From: Steroidobacteraceae bacterium
GTDB lineage: Bacteria; Pseudomonadota; Gammaproteobacteria; Steroidobacterales; Steroidobacteraceae
Assembly: GCA_036262215.1 (NCBI GenBank)
Contig: DATAJH010000106.1
Location: 3,207 to 67,206 of the forward strand
Length of the DNA stretch: 64,000 nucleotides
Reading direction: 5' to 3'
Part shown: piece after piece, positions 28,462 through 39,700 of the stretch
Layout: each line of letters begins with the position of its first letter
Position numbering within the stretch: the first letter of the stretch is position 1
Translations under genes and position numbers: made by a program
The notes under the pieces: model-generated
Told to the model about the DNA's origin: nothing
The model's input: the letters and a program-made list of their open reading frames with translations, nothing else
Database searches by the model: none

Positions 28462-29817
28462 CTAGCGCGGGAATGGTCCCCACACCGGTTCGCGCACCTC
28501 GCCCTGATCCGACTTAAGCCGCTGCGTGACCAGCCCGTCGACCGACACCGTCTGCAGTGTCCCGATCTCGCCGTCGCGCCCGGCGTAAATGATGGCCGCC
28601 CCATTGGGCGCAAAGCTTGGCGATTCATCCAGGCTGCCGTGCGAGAGCACGCTCACGGTACCGGAAGCCAGATCCTGCACCGCGATTCGGTAGTTGCCGC
28701 CATCGCGCGTCACGTAGGCGATTTTCTTGCCGTCCGGAGACACGCGCGGCCGCGCGTTGTAGGCCGAACCGAAGGTTATGCGCTCGACGCGCTTGGGCTG
28801 GGCAATATCTAGCTTGTAGATCTGCGGGCCGCCGGCGCGATCCGAGGTGAAATACAGGCTCTTGCCGTCCGCACTCCATGCCGGCTCGGTATCGACCGCC
28901 GGATCGTCCGTCAGCCGCGTCAGCCCCTGGGTGCTCAGATCGAGCAGCCAGACGTCCAGATTACCCCCGACGCCCGACAGCGTCAGCGCCAGATGCGTGC
29001 CATCGGGTGAATACGCCGGCGCGCCGTTGACGCCGACCCGGGCCGATACCAGCTGGCGCTCGCCGGTGTGTACCTTCTGCACGTACACGCCCGAGAGGCG
29101 GTTTTCGAACGATACGTAGGCCAGCCATTGCTCGTCAGGCGACCACGCCGGCGACATGATCGGCTGCAACGACTCGAGAATCACTTTCGGATTCTCGCCG
29201 TCGGCATCGGCAACGATGAGCTGGAAGTGTTGGCTGGGCGGCTGCCCGCGCACCGCCACGTAGGCGATTCGGGTGGCAAATGCGCCGCGCACGCCCAGGA
29301 TCTTGCCGTAGATGAAATCGCTGACCAGGTGGGCGGCATTGCGCAGGCTGGCGCTGTTGGCAATGAATTTCTGGCTGGCGACGCGGCTTCCGGTCTGGAT
29401 ATTGATCAGATCGCATTCGACGTCGAGCTCACTGGCCGAGGCCGCGGTCACACGGCCGACGGCGACATAGTCATTGCCTGCCGCCTTCCAGTCGGCGGCC
29501 TGCACGTCGTTGGCGCTGGTCGGGGTGGTCAGCATGTCGCGTCGCTGCATGGCGCGAAAGCGTCCGCTGCTCTCCAGGTCGTGCTGGACCACGGCAGCGA
29601 CGTCGAAAGCACCGTCCGCCGGCATCGCTCGTGCGAACGGTACGATCGCGATTGGGATCGGGTCGGTGACACCCTTGGTGATCAGAACCTGCAGATCCGC
29701 CCGCGCCGGTGCGACCGCGAGGCCCATGGCCGCGCCGATCAGCAGCGCGCAACCAACCAGGCGCTGCGGCCACTGCCGTGCCGGCGCCGCCATCCCTCGG
29801 GTCATTGCTCTATTCAT
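28462..29817 (-). CDS. tolB: Tol-Pal system beta-propeller protein TolB
   Basis: Signal peptide ...LAVAPARA, TolB N-domain, and repeated PAWSPDG-type propeller motifs (SPAWSPDEQWLAY, PAYSPDGTHLA, PAWSADGKSLYF, PRVSPDGKKIAY). The start is uncertain: ATGs at 29817, 29805 and 29793. Confidence 0.92.
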   Translation of the reverse strand: MNRAMTRGMAAPARQWPQRLVGCALLIGAAMGLAVAPARADLQVLITKGVTDPIPIAIVPFARAMPADGAFDVAAVVQHDLESSGRFRAMQRRDMLTTPTSANDVQAADWKAAGNDYVAVGRVTAASASELDVECDLINIQTGSRVASQKFIANSASLRNAAHLVSDFIYGKILGVRGAFATRIAYVAVRGQPPSQHFQLIVADADGENPKVILESLQPIMSPAWSPDEQWLAYVSFENRLSGVYVQKVHTGERQLVSARVGVNGAPAYSPDGTHLALTLSGVGGNLDVWLLDLSTQGLTRLTDDPAVDTEPAWSADGKSLYFTSDRAGGPQIYKLDIAQPKRVERITFGSAYNARPRVSPDGKKIAYVTRDGGNYRIAVQDLASGTVSVLSHGSLDESPSFAPNGAAIIYAGRDGEIGTLQTVSVDGLVTQRLKSDQGEVREPVWGPFPR

Positions 29818-30667
29818 CGGGCGCGAACGTAACATCGATGTTTGGATCAAACAATGCCGGATCCGAGGGGGCCGGCAGCGGGGAGGCCCGGTAGGCAGCG
29901 GTTTCTACCGACTGTCTTACAGCCTCATCGCCGTTACAGCCCGCCACCACGACGTGCGTGATCTCACCACCCGGAATCTGCGTGATATGCAGCAGGCACT
30001 TCACACCGGGCCGCGCGCTGGCCGGCCTGATCCACGCACGGTTGATGCGCGCCGTGATCAACGACAGATACTCGGCCTTGGCCGGGCTCGACTGCACGGC
30101 GTTGATATGCTCTTCGCTCGCCATCTGCGAGCGCAGGTCCGCCTCGCGCTGGGCACGCTCCTGCTCGGCCTTGCGCTGCTGGGCGAGCTGCTGCGCCTTG
30201 CGATCGGCCTCGGCCTTGGCAGCGGCGGCACGCTCCGCCTCAGCCTTGGCGGCAGCGGCACGTTCGGCCTCGGCTTTTTCGGCTGCCGCGCGCTCGGCCT
30301 GCTCGCGCTGACGCTGCTGCTCGGCCTGCTCCTCGGCGCTGCGCTTTTCCTGCGCGGCGCGCTGCTGTTCCTGTGCCTTTTGCCGCGCTGCCTCGTCCGC
30401 CCGCGCCTGCTGTGCGGCCTGCTCTTCCGCCGATGGCACCGGTGGCGGCGGATTTGCCGGCTCCGGGGGCGGATTCGCCGGCGGGCTTGGTGGCTGGGTC
30501 GCCGGCGGCGCGTTGCGCACTACGGTGGCTTCGATCGCCAGACTCGGCACTGTCGCCGTTGGCCGCCGGTACTGGAACCATCCCCACAACAGCACGCCGA
30601 CGATCGCGGCATGGATCAGTATCGACAGTACGATCGACAGGACACGATCGCTCCGGCGTTCGGTCAT
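29810..30667 (-). CDS. tolA: Tol-Pal system protein TolA
   Basis: N-terminal TM (VLSIVLSILIHAAIVGVLLW), Pro-rich segment, long Ala/Glu/Lys/Arg helical domain, and C-terminal TolA domain (...RINRAWIRP...). Confidence 0.88.
   Translation of the reverse strand: MTERRSDRVLSIVLSILIHAAIVGVLLWGWFQYRRPTATVPSLAIEATVVRNAPPATQPPSPPANPPPEPANPPPPVPSAEEQAAQQARADEAARQKAQEQQRAAQEKRSAEEQAEQQRQREQAERAAAEKAEAERAAAAKAEAERAAAAKAEADRKAQQLAQQRKAEQERAQREADLRSQMASEEHINAVQSSPAKAEYLSLITARINRAWIRPASARPGVKCLLHITQIPGGEITHVVVAGCNGDEAVRQSVETAAYRASPLPAPSDPALFDPNIDVTFAPDE
30211..30300. repeat. three imperfect 30-nt tandem repeats inside tolA domain II (encode AEAERAAAAK-type units)
   Basis: Read directly: cggccttggcagcggcggcacgctccgcct / cagccttggcggcagcggcacgttcggcct / cggctttttcggctgccgcgcgctcggcct. 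Confidence 0.6.
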
Positions 30668-31110
30668 GGCGGGGTCGGTGCCTTCGGCAGCGGATCGGTC
30701 TGGAAGCCGACCTTATGGGCACCGGCCTGCTGCAGAATGACCATGGCCTGCACTACGCGGCCATAATTTACCGCCTGATCGCCGTTGACCAGCACCGCAC
30801 GCTCCGGCGCACGCCGCAGGGCGGCCGTGGCGCGCACCAGGGCGGTCTGATCGTCCACCGGCTGGCGCGGATTGGCACCCAGGTTAAGGTACAGCCGGCC
30901 GCTGGCATCGATCGACAGCACCAGCGGCGGTTCGTTCGCCTGCGTGGCGATCGGTTCGGCCTTGGCCTTCGGCAGGTCGACCTTGATGCCTTGTGTCAAC
31001 AGCGGCGCGGTGATCATGAAAATAATCAGCAGCACCAGCATCACATCGATGTAGGGCACCACGTTGATGTCGCCCATCAATCTGCGCTTGCCTTTGGTGA
31101 GTGCCGGCAT
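30664..31110 (-). CDS. tolR: Tol-Pal system protein TolR
   Basis: MPALTKGKRRLMGDINVVPYIDVMLVLLIIFMITAP... (ExbD/TolR family). ATG at 31110, 1 nt after the tolQ stop. The track ORF is over-extended. Confidence 0.93.
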   Translation of the reverse strand: MPALTKGKRRLMGDINVVPYIDVMLVLLIIFMITAPLLTQGIKVDLPKAKAEPIATQANEPPLVLSIDASGRLYLNLGANPRQPVDDQTALVRATAALRRAPERAVLVNGDQAVNYGRVVQAMVILQQAGAHKVGFQTDPLPKAPTPP

Positions 31111-31111
31111 G

Positions 31112-31846
31112 TCAGCTCCTTGCCGCGCCCGGCGGCGCCGACGCTGCGCCCATGCCGGCCGCTGCCCCGGCCGGATTGCGGCCGGCATAGCGCTGCAGAA
31201 TGGTGGACAGTTCCTCCATGAAGGCGTCGTAGCGCAGCTCCAGGCGGCTCGCCTGATCGGCGAAGCGGTTATAGGCCACGACCGCCGGGATAGCGGCAAA
31301 CAAGCCGATTGCAGTGGTCACCAGCGCCTCGGAGATTCCCGGCGCGACCATCGCCAGCGTCGCCTGCTGCACGTTACCAAGCGAGCTGAACGCATTCATG
31401 ATGCCCCAGACGGTGCCGAACAGGCCGACGTAGGGACTGGTCGAGCCCACCGTGGCGAGCGTCGCCAGACTGTGCTCGAGCCGCTCGATTTCCTTGAGCT
31501 GCGCGACGCGCATCGCGCGGCGCGCGCCTTCCAGCAGCATGTCGGCCGCCACGCCGCCCTGCGCCCGCAGCCGCGCGAATTCGCGGAAGCCGAACTCGAA
31601 GATGCTCTCCATGCCGGTAGCACTGCCGCGCGACTCGATGGCCCGATACAGCGAACTCAGATCACCGCCGGACCAGAAACTGTTCTCGAACCGATCCGCG
31701 TCGCGCTGCGCGCGCCGCACCACCAGGCTCTTGCGGAAGATGATCGCCCAGGACATCAGCGAGGCGGCGAGCAGAATGCCGATGACAATCTGCACCACCA
31801 GGCTGGCCTGTACGATCATGCTGAGAATCGACAACTCACCGCCCAT
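31112..31846 (-). CDS. tolQ: Tol-Pal system protein TolQ
   Basis: 244 aa, MotA/TolQ/ExbB channel pattern (...LATVGSTSPYVGLFGTVWGIMNAF...). Confidence 0.95.
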   Translation of the reverse strand: MGGELSILSMIVQASLVVQIVIGILLAASLMSWAIIFRKSLVVRRAQRDADRFENSFWSGGDLSSLYRAIESRGSATGMESIFEFGFREFARLRAQGGVAADMLLEGARRAMRVAQLKEIERLEHSLATLATVGSTSPYVGLFGTVWGIMNAFSSLGNVQQATLAMVAPGISEALVTTAIGLFAAIPAVVAYNRFADQASRLELRYDAFMEELSTILQRYAGRNPAGAAAGMGAASAPPGAARS

Positions 31847-31880
31847 CAGCTACTCCTTGGGTCGCCGCCGCGCTGCACGC

Positions 31881-32288
31881 TCATGCCGACAACTCTCTGA
31901 CTATGACTGGCGGCAGGCGCCGCGGTTTCAGTGTGGCGGCGTCGAGGCAGGCAACGCGCACCGAGGCGCTGACCAGCAGATCCTCCTCGAGCGGATCGCG
32001 CCAGATGCGCTGCGCAAACACGATGCTCGCGCCGCCCTCCCATTGCGGCTCGCAGCTGATCGACAGCATATCGTCGAGCCGCGCCGGCCGACGGTACTGC
32101 GCTTCGAGTGCTACCACCGAGAACACCACCCCGGGATCGCGTGCCATCGCCAGCTGCGACACGCCGCGCGCGCGCAGCCACTCGCTGCGTGCACGCTCCA
32201 GAAATCGCAGATAATTCGCATAATAAACAATGCCTCCGGCGTCAGTGTCCTCCCAGTAGACGCGTGCCTGCCAGACGAAGGGTATCAA
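31881..32288 (-). CDS. ybgC: Tol-Pal-associated acyl-CoA thioesterase YbgC
   Basis: 135 aa. ...[31 protein letters not shown]... (4HBT hot-dog fold). Confidence 0.9.
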   Translation of the reverse strand: MIPFVWQARVYWEDTDAGGIVYYANYLRFLERARSEWLRARGVSQLAMARDPGVVFSVVALEAQYRRPARLDDMLSISCEPQWEGGASIVFAQRIWRDPLEEDLLVSASVRVACLDAATLKPRRLPPVIVRELSA

Positions 32289-33334
32289 GCGCCCTCGCCG
32301 AACAGCGGCAGGTTGGCGGCCGCGCGCTCCGGCATCTTCAGCCCGAAATGCTGCCAGCTCAGGCGCGTGGCGATGCGGCCGCGTGCGGTGCGGGCGATGA
32401 AGCCCTGCTGGATCAGGAACGGTTCGATCACATCTTCGAGCGTGCCGCGCTCCTCGCCGATGGCCGCGGACAGGCTCTCGATGCCCACCGGCCCACCGTC
32501 GAATTTCTCCATGATGGTCAGCAGCAGCTTGCGATCCAGCGCGTCGAGCCCCTGCGGATCCACCTGCAGCAGATCCAGCGCCGCGTGCGCGGCCGGTTCA
32601 TCGATATGCCCGTTCCCCTTCACCTGGGCGTAATCGCGCACCCGTCGCAGCAGGCGGTTGGCGATGCGCGGCGTACCGCGCGCGCGCTGCGCGATCCGCA
32701 TCGCGCCGGCATCGTCGATCGGCACCTCGAGGATGCGGGCCGAACGCTGCACGATGCGCTCGATCTCCGGCACGGTGTAGAACTCGAGCCGCTGCACGAT
32801 GCCGAAGCGGTCGCGCAGCGGCGATGTCAGAAGGCCGGCGCGTGTCGTGGCACCGACCAGCGTGAACGGCGGCAGGTTGAGCTTGATCGAACGCGCGCCT
32901 GGACCCTCGCCGATCATGATATCGAGCTGATAGTCCTCCATTGCCGGATACAGCACTTCCTCGACCACCGGGCTCAGCCGATGAATCTCATCGACGAACA
33001 GCACATCGCGCGGCTGCAGATTGGTCAGGATCGCCGCCAGGTCGCCGGGCCGTTCCAGCACCGGTCCGGCGGTCTGCCGCAGACTCACGCCCAGCTCGGC
33101 GGCGATGATGTGCGCCAGCGTGGTCTTGCCCAGTCCCGGCGGTCCGAAGATCAGCACGTGATCGAGCGCTTCGGCGCGCATGCGCGCCGCGTCGATGAAG
33201 ATCGACAGTTGCGATTTGACCTGCTCCTGGCCGATGTAGTCGCTCAGGGCGCGCGGACGGATCGCCTGATCGATCGCCTCCTCCGCACCGCCCGGGGCCG
33301 CACTCACCAGCCGCTCGCCGTCCAGGGCGCTCAT
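32285..33334 (-). CDS. ruvB: Holliday junction branch migration helicase RuvB
   Basis: ...[19 protein letters not shown]...[20 protein letters not shown]...[10 protein letters not shown].... ATG at 33334 overlaps the ruvA stop (ATGA). The track ORF is over-extended to 34009. Confidence 0.97.
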   Translation of the reverse strand: MSALDGERLVSAAPGGAEEAIDQAIRPRALSDYIGQEQVKSQLSIFIDAARMRAEALDHVLIFGPPGLGKTTLAHIIAAELGVSLRQTAGPVLERPGDLAAILTNLQPRDVLFVDEIHRLSPVVEEVLYPAMEDYQLDIMIGEGPGARSIKLNLPPFTLVGATTRAGLLTSPLRDRFGIVQRLEFYTVPEIERIVQRSARILEVPIDDAGAMRIAQRARGTPRIANRLLRRVRDYAQVKGNGHIDEPAAHAALDLLQVDPQGLDALDRKLLLTIMEKFDGGPVGIESLSAAIGEERGTLEDVIEPFLIQQGFIARTARGRIATRLSWQHFGLKMPERAAANLPLFGEGA

Positions 33335-33936
33335 GAATGCACCGCGCCCTGCAGCGCCCGCCGGATCAATTCCTCGGTGCTCAGACTGGCGCTCGCGGCA
33401 CCGACCCCTTTGAGCAGCCGCGTGGCCTCCACCGGCTTGTAGCCCAGCGACACCAGCGCACCATAAGCCTCGGCTTCCGCGCCCGGTGCAACCGCGCCGG
33501 CGCCGAGCTCGCCGTCCGCGGGCGCCGCACCGGCCAATTCGAGACGATCGCGCATCTCCACGATAAGGCGTTCGGCTATCTTGCGGCCCACCCCGGGGAT
33601 TCGCGTCAGTGCTGCCGCGTCGCGTTCGCGCACGGCATGGGCAAAAGTGGCCGTCGTGCCGCCCGAGAGTATCGCCAACGCGATCCGCGGGCCCACGCCC
33701 GACACCTTCAGCAAGTTGCGAAACAGCGTGCGCTCCTCGTCGGTCGCGAAACCGTACAACACGTGCGCGTCCTCGCGCACCAACAGGTGTGTCAGCAGCC
33801 GGATGCGTTCGCCGATGGCAGGCAGGCGATAGAAAGTCGACATCGGCGCTTCCACCTCGTAGCCGATACCACCGACTTCGAGCAGCAGATGCGGCGGCGA
33901 TTTGGAGGCGAGCACGCCAGTAAGAGTCCCGATCAT
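33331..33936 (-). CDS. ruvA: Holliday junction DNA-binding protein RuvA
   Basis: [39 protein letters not shown]...[17 protein letters not shown]... Confidence 0.95.
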   Translation of the reverse strand: MIGTLTGVLASKSPPHLLLEVGGIGYEVEAPMSTFYRLPAIGERIRLLTHLLVREDAHVLYGFATDEERTLFRNLLKVSGVGPRIALAILSGGTTATFAHAVRERDAAALTRIPGVGRKIAERLIVEMRDRLELAGAAPADGELGAGAVAPGAEAEAYGALVSLGYKPVEATRLLKGVGAASASLSTEELIRRALQGAVHS

Positions 33937-33954
33937 GGCCGGGCCGCCCGCCGC

Positions 33955-34461
33955 TCAGGCGACATCGACTGCATTGAGCGCGCCCAGCCGACGCGTCTGG
34001 GCATGACACAGCGCCACAGCGAGCGCATCGGCCGCATCCGCCGCAAGCCTGGTCTCGAGGAGCAGTAATGTGCGCACCATCTGCGCCACCTGCGGCTTGG
34101 CGGCGGCACCGTAGCCGGTGACCGCCATCTTGATGGCCCTGGGCGCGTATTCATGCACGCTCGCGCCGAGCGAAGCCGCGGCGCATAAGGCCACGCCGCG
34201 CGCCTGGCCGAGCTTCAGGGCGCTGTCGGGGTTGCGATGCACGAACACGCGCTCGATGGCGACGCTGTCGGGTCGATGCTCGGCCACCAGCGCGGTCACG
34301 GCGGCGTAGATGCGCTGCAGCCGCACCACCATGTCGTGGCCGATCACGTCGACGCAGCCGCTGGCGACATGCCGCTCAGCGCTGCCCCGACAATCGATGA
34401 TTCCGTAGCCGGTGCGCTGCGAGCCCGGATCCAGGCCGAGCACCCTGCAGTCGCGCGCCAC
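33955..34461 (-). CDS. ruvC: crossover junction endodeoxyribonuclease RuvC
   Basis: ...[17 protein letters not shown]...[22 protein letters not shown]...[18 protein letters not shown] at 34461 (or 34443) gives the normal ~165-aa length. The track start (34617) and ATG 34545 would add an atypical N-terminal extension. Confidence 0.88.
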   Translation of the reverse strand: MARDCRVLGLDPGSQRTGYGIIDCRGSAERHVASGCVDVIGHDMVVRLQRIYAAVTALVAEHRPDSVAIERVFVHRNPDSALKLGQARGVALCAAASLGASVHEYAPRAIKMAVTGYGAAAKPQVAQMVRTLLLLETRLAADAADALAVALCHAQTRRLGALNAVDVA

Positions 34462-34590
34462 CAGTCGAATCGACGCCGCGGCGGGCACCGCGGCGGCACT
34501 GCGCGGCCGGAACGTGCGCCAGGACTTGCTGGCATATCGCGTCATGAATGCATATCCCCAACGCACTTGCTGAAGGCGGCCATACCTTGA

Positions 34591-36747
34591 ATGATAGCCG
34601 GAAGACACCAGCCACACAGCATGGAAACCGCAACTCCCGCACCGCCCGAGATCGCCGCGCAGCTCGATGCTGCGCGCGCGTCGCTGGCCGAGTCAGGCGC
34701 CGACCAGACGGCGCTCGAGGCAGGGGTCGAGGCCGCCCGGACCGTGGCGGCCCTGACGCACGATGCCGATCTGGCGCTGGGCACGATGCTGCATCGGCTG
34801 CGCCAGGCCGGCCTGTCGCGCGAGGACCCGCAGATCGACGTGCGCCTTGGGGCCGCCTGCATACGGGTGGCGGTCGAGCTCGAGCGGCTCGGTGAGCTGC
34901 ATCTGCCTGCCGGCTGGACCGCGGACCAGGGCCTGAACGCACAGCAGGCCGAGATCCTGCGCAAGATGCTGCTGGCGGTGGCCGCGGATCCGCGCCTGGT
35001 GGTGGCGCATCTGGCCGGGCAGCTGGTACAGCTGCGCGGCGCGCGTGAACTGTCGGCACCCAGGCGGCAGCGGCTGGCGCTGGAGACGCGCGAGATACTG
35101 GCGCCGCTGGCCAATCGCCTGGGGGTCTGGAGTCTGAAGTGGGAACTCGAGGACCTGTCGTTCCGTTACCTCGAGCCCGAGGCCTACCACCGCATCGCGC
35201 GCGCCCTGGCAGAGCGGCGCGTGGATCGCGAACGCTACATAGGTGAGGTGTGTGCGCTGCTGCAGCGTGAACTGCGCCAAGCCGGCGTAGTCGCGGCCGC
35301 GGTGTATGGGCGGCCCAAGCATATCTACAGCATCTGGCGAAAAATGCAGCGCAAACAGCTCGCTTTCGAACAGCTGTTCGACGTGCGCGCGGTGCGCATT
35401 GTGGTGGCATCGATCGAGGACTGCTACGCTGCCTTAGGGTTGGTGCACGCACTGTGGCGCTACATCCCCGGCGAGTTCGACGATTACATCGCCACTCCGA
35501 AGGATAACGAGTACCGCTCGATTCACACCGCGGTGATCGGTCCGGAGGACAAATCGCTCGAGGTGCAGATTCGATCGCGCGACATGGACCAGTACGCCGA
35601 GCTCGGCGTCGCGGCGCATTGGCGCTACAAGGAAGGCGGTGCGCGCGACCTCGGCTACGAGCGCAAGATCGAATGGGTACGACGCGTGCTCGATCCGGCG
35701 CATGCCGCACAGTTCGAAGGCGACCTGATCGAGCGCGTCAAGGACGAACTGTTCGCCGATCGCATCTATGCGATGACGCCGCGCGGCGAGGTGGTCGATC
35801 TGCCGCGCGGCGCCACGCCGCTGGATTTCGCCTACCAGGTGCACACCGGCCTGGGCCATCGCTGTCGCGGCGCCAAGATCGCCGGCCGCATCGTGCCGCT
35901 TAACCAGCCGCTGGCCAACGGCGACGTGGTCGAGATCATCACCGGCAAACAGGCCGCGCCGAGCCGCGACTGGTTGTCGCCGGAACCTGGATTTCTGGTA
36001 TCGCCCAAGAGCCGCGCCAAGGTCAGGGCCTGGTTTCGGCGCATCGATGAGTCGCAGCATCGTGCGCTCGGACGCGAGACCCTGGAGCGCGAACTCGCCC
36101 GGGTCGGTGGCGGACCGGAGCTGATCGCAGCCCTGGTGCGCGAGCTGCACGCCGACAGCGCCGAAGACCTGCAGCGCCGCATCGGTGAGGGTGACATTGG
36201 CACCGCGGCGCTCAGCCAGGCGCTGACACGACTGCGCGCGCCCGCGGTAGCGCCGCTGGCGCCGACGCGCAAGCGTACGGGTCGCGCCCCGGCGGCCCGC
36301 TCGCCGGTGGAAATCGAGGGTGTGGGCGATCTGCCGACCACGATCGCGCGCTGCTGCGGGCCGGTGCCACCCGAACCCATCGCCGGCTACGTCACGCTCG
36401 GACGCGGCGTCACCATCCATCGTGAGGGCTGTCCGAATCTGCTGCGCATGCAATCGCTCAACGCAAGAAGGGTGCTGCGTGTCGAGTGGAACCTCGAGTC
36501 CGACAGCCTGCTGCCGGTCAGGATCCGCGTCGAGGCGCTCGACCGCCACGGCCTGCTGCGCGATGTGTCGGACGTGATGGCACTGGAGCGATTGAGCATA
36601 GAAGGAGTCAACTCCGACACCGACCCCAACGATCGAATTGCCACCATCGTGATGCGCACCGCGGTGCGCGACAGCGAGCAGCTGGGGCGCGTACTGCAGC
36701 GGCTGAGCGCAGTACCAAACGTACTGCGCGCGCTGCGCCTTGCCTGA
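34591..36747 (+). CDS. relA: GTP pyrophosphokinase, (p)ppGpp synthetase I (RelA)
   Basis: 718 aa. Synthetase core ...GRPKHIYSIWRKMQRK...FDVRAVRIVV...DNEYRSIHTAV...EVQIRSRDMDQYAELGVAAHWRYKEG, then TGS and ACT domains. The N-terminal pseudo-hydrolase lacks an obvious HD motif. Alternative ATG at 34621. Confidence 0.93.
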   Translation: MIAGRHQPHSMETATPAPPEIAAQLDAARASLAESGADQTALEAGVEAARTVAALTHDADLALGTMLHRLRQAGLSREDPQIDVRLGAACIRVAVELERLGELHLPAGWTADQGLNAQQAEILRKMLLAVAADPRLVVAHLAGQLVQLRGARELSAPRRQRLALETREILAPLANRLGVWSLKWELEDLSFRYLEPEAYHRIARALAERRVDRERYIGEVCALLQRELRQAGVVAAAVYGRPKHIYSIWRKMQRKQLAFEQLFDVRAVRIVVASIEDCYAALGLVHALWRYIPGEFDDYIATPKDNEYRSIHTAVIGPEDKSLEVQIRSRDMDQYAELGVAAHWRYKEGGARDLGYERKIEWVRRVLDPAHAAQFEGDLIERVKDELFADRIYAMTPRGEVVDLPRGATPLDFAYQVHTGLGHRCRGAKIAGRIVPLNQPLANGDVVEIITGKQAAPSRDWLSPEPGFLVSPKSRAKVRAWFRRIDESQHRALGRETLERELARVGGGPELIAALVRELHADSAEDLQRRIGEGDIGTAALSQALTRLRAPAVAPLAPTRKRTGRAPAARSPVEIEGVGDLPTTIARCCGPVPPEPIAGYVTLGRGVTIHREGCPNLLRMQSLNARRVLRVEWNLESDSLLPVRIRVEALDRHGLLRDVSDVMALERLSIEGVNSDTDPNDRIATIVMRTAVRDSEQLGRVLQRLSAVPNVLRALRLA

Positions 36748-36767
36748 AGGGCGGCCCAGTCGGGTGT

Positions 36768-39700
36768 TCAGGAGCTGCGCTTGGAGCGACGTTTGCGACT
36801 TGCGGCCGCCGCGACCGCAGTTCGCGCGACGGAAACTGCCGCTTCAGGGCCGGCCAGCGGTGCCGGTGCAGCCAGCATCAGCTCGACCTGCTCGATCGGG
36901 ATCGGTCGCGAGTACAGGTAACCCTGCATCTGGCCGCAGCGCAACTCGCGCAGCTTGTCGAGCTGCTCGGTGGTCTCGACCCCTTCGGCCACCGTCACCA
37001 GCCCGAACGCCGCCGCCAGCCCGATGATGCTCGTGGTCAGCGCTACGCTGGCCAGGTCGAGCGGTAGTCCGCTGATGAAGGAACGATCGATCTTCAGCAT
37101 ATCCAGCGGCAATCGCGCCAGCAGTCCGAGAAATGAATACCCGGTACCGAAGTCGTCGAGCGCCACACGGATGCCGGCCTCTCGCAGCATCTGCAGCTTG
37201 CGGCTCGTGGTATCGATGTCCTGCAACAGGCTGGACTCGGTGATCTCGATGTCCATGCCATAGCCGGCGCCGTTCAAGCCCTCGGCCGCAGCCAGCACCT
37301 CTTCGACGAAGGCACGTTGACGAACCTGCAACGCGGCGACATTGACCGCGACACGCACCGGCCCCAGGCCCAGCGCCCGCCAGCGCCGGCAGTCCTGCGC
37401 TGCACGCGCCAGCACCCAGCTGCCCACTGGAACGATCAATCCGGATGACTCGAGGATCGGCAGGAATTGGCCGGGCATCGCCGGGCCGCCTTCCGGGTCG
37501 TTCCAGCGTATCAGTGCCTCCAGCGAATGGATGCGTCCGGTGGCGATATCCAGTTGCGGTTGATAGTGTAGAAAGAATTGTTCCTCATCCAGGGCGGTTC
37601 GAAGCTTGTGCTCAAGGTGCATGCGTCCGGCTATCTCGCCGTGCATCTGCAGTTTGTAGGTCAGGAATTGCTCACCGCTGTCCTTCGCCCGTTTCAGCGC
37701 CGCTTCGGCCTTGTGCACCAGCGTGTCGGCACTTTCCCCGTCGTTCGGATAACGCGCAATGCCCACCGGGCAATTGACCCGGATCGCGTGGCCTTCGATC
37801 TCGAACGGCTTGCCGAACACTGCGCTGCCGAGCATCGCCGCGATGTTCTCCGCCGATGCGCTCGGGCCCGGTTCCACCATGACAAACGTGCCGCCTCCAA
37901 GATAGCCGACCCGTTCCTCGCTCTCGGTATTGCGCTTGAGCCGCTCGGCGACCTGCCGCAACAGCAGGTCCCCCACACGACGACCAAAGCTGTCGTTGAT
38001 GTTGGCCAGACCGTGAATATCGAACGCGGCAACCGTCAGCACCTTCTGCGGTTCGGGCCGGTCTCGCAGCGCCGCGTCGAGGCGCTCGTAGAACAGCGCC
38101 CGCTTGGCCAGCCCCGCCAGCGAGTCGAACGACGCCAGATACTCGGCAACGCCCGCGCTCTCCTCGTGCTCGAGCGCCAGTGCCAGCGTCGCGCGGATGT
38201 CCTGCAGCAGCAGTATCTCCTCATCACGGACCAGGTTGAGGGTGCGCGATGCCAGCATCAGCGCGCCGCGCCGCCAGCTGCCCAGAACCAGCGGTATCAC
38301 CACCAGTGACTTGTAGCCAAGTCCGGCCAGAACTTCGTGCGTAGTGGCAGTCGGAGTGGTGTGGGACAGGTCGTTGCATACCGTGAGTTCGCCGGTGCGA
38401 AGCGCCCGGCTGGTGAAGCTCGCATCCGGCTCATCGCCATCGCTGAGCTGCAGCGGTTGATTCTCCGGACCGTCCACCTCCGAACCCGAAGTGAACAGTG
38501 GTCGTGCAATCCGTCCGTCCCAGTCGACGATCCAGAGCGTGGCGTACTCGTAGCCGCCAATCTCGGTAGCGACACGGCAAGCTTCCCGAAGCAGATCATC
38601 GCGGTCGCGAATGCGCAAAACGGCTGCATTGATGCTGCTTTGCATGCGCACCACGCGGGTAAAATGCGCCGTCTGCTCTTCAAACTGCCTGCGCTCGGTG
38701 ATATCCCGCGCCAGTGCGATCAGATACCCGCGATGCCCGTACTCGACGTAACTGGTGCTGAATTCAACCGGGAACACCCGCCCGTCCTTGCAGCGATAGA
38801 CGCCTTCCCGCAACAGCGGTCCCGAACTCTGTGCGGCATGCACGCGTTCCGGCCAGGGCTGATCGGGGCCGCCGGATGAGATTTCGGCGGCGCTCAGCTG
38901 CAACAATTCGTCGCGCGTGTAACCGAGTCGCTGCGACGCGGTTTCATTCACGTCGACCAGGCGGCCGCTCGACACCTCGGCGATGTAGATCAGGTCACGG
39001 GTTTTGTCGAACAGGTGCCAGAACAGCTGCAGCTTGCCTTCTGCACGCTCGCTTTCTGCGCGTGCGCGCAGCGCCGAGATACCATAGGTCAGATTGTCAC
39101 CCAGTTCCATCAGCAGCTTCACCTGATCCGCTTCGAAGGCGGCGCCGCGGTCCGCATAGATGGTGAGGGCGCCGAGCGTGCCCGAGTCGATGATGAGCGG
39201 CACGGCGATCGATGCGACGTAGTGGCCGGCGAGCGCTTCGCCGCACCATGGCGCGATCGCCGGGTCCTGGTCCAGGTTCGCGCAGATACTCGGACTGCCG
39301 TCGCGGATCGCGCGCGCGGTAGGACCGTCGCCTGCGGATGCAGCATCCCAGCTCAGCCTCACCTGCTGCAGGTACCCGGCATCCAACCCCGCGCAAGCCA
39401 TGATGCGCACCGACTTCGCCGCGTCATGCTCCGCGAATCCGACCCAGGCCAGAGGATAGCCCCCGATTTCGACAATCACCCTGCAGATGCTGGCCAGCAG
39501 CGCCGCCTCATCCGATGCGCGAATGAGTTCGTGATTGCAGTCACTCAACATCAGCAGGTTACGATTCGACTGGCCCAGAGCGCCTTCCATGCTCTTACGA
39601 GCTGAAACGTCGACGCCGCTGCCCACGACCGCGACCACGCGGCCGGCGGCGTTGCGCAGCGGACTGAAGACGCAGTCCACGGCAACCAATTGCTCGCCCT

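Noticed and set aside
33335-34009. 5' extension of the 574-aa track ORF upstream of ruvB
   Set aside because: It overlaps the whole of ruvA out of frame. RuvB homology starts at ATG 33334, which forms an ATGA overlap with the ruvA stop. The same reasoning removes the extensions 26380..26688 (queC), 28367..28483 (pal), 31111..31299 (tolR), 56196..56570 (OMF) and 57311..57829 (permease).
34376-35710. 444-aa ORF antisense to relA
   Set aside because: It is an extremely Arg/Pro/Ala-rich shadow ORF. relA on the opposite strand has unambiguous catalytic motifs.
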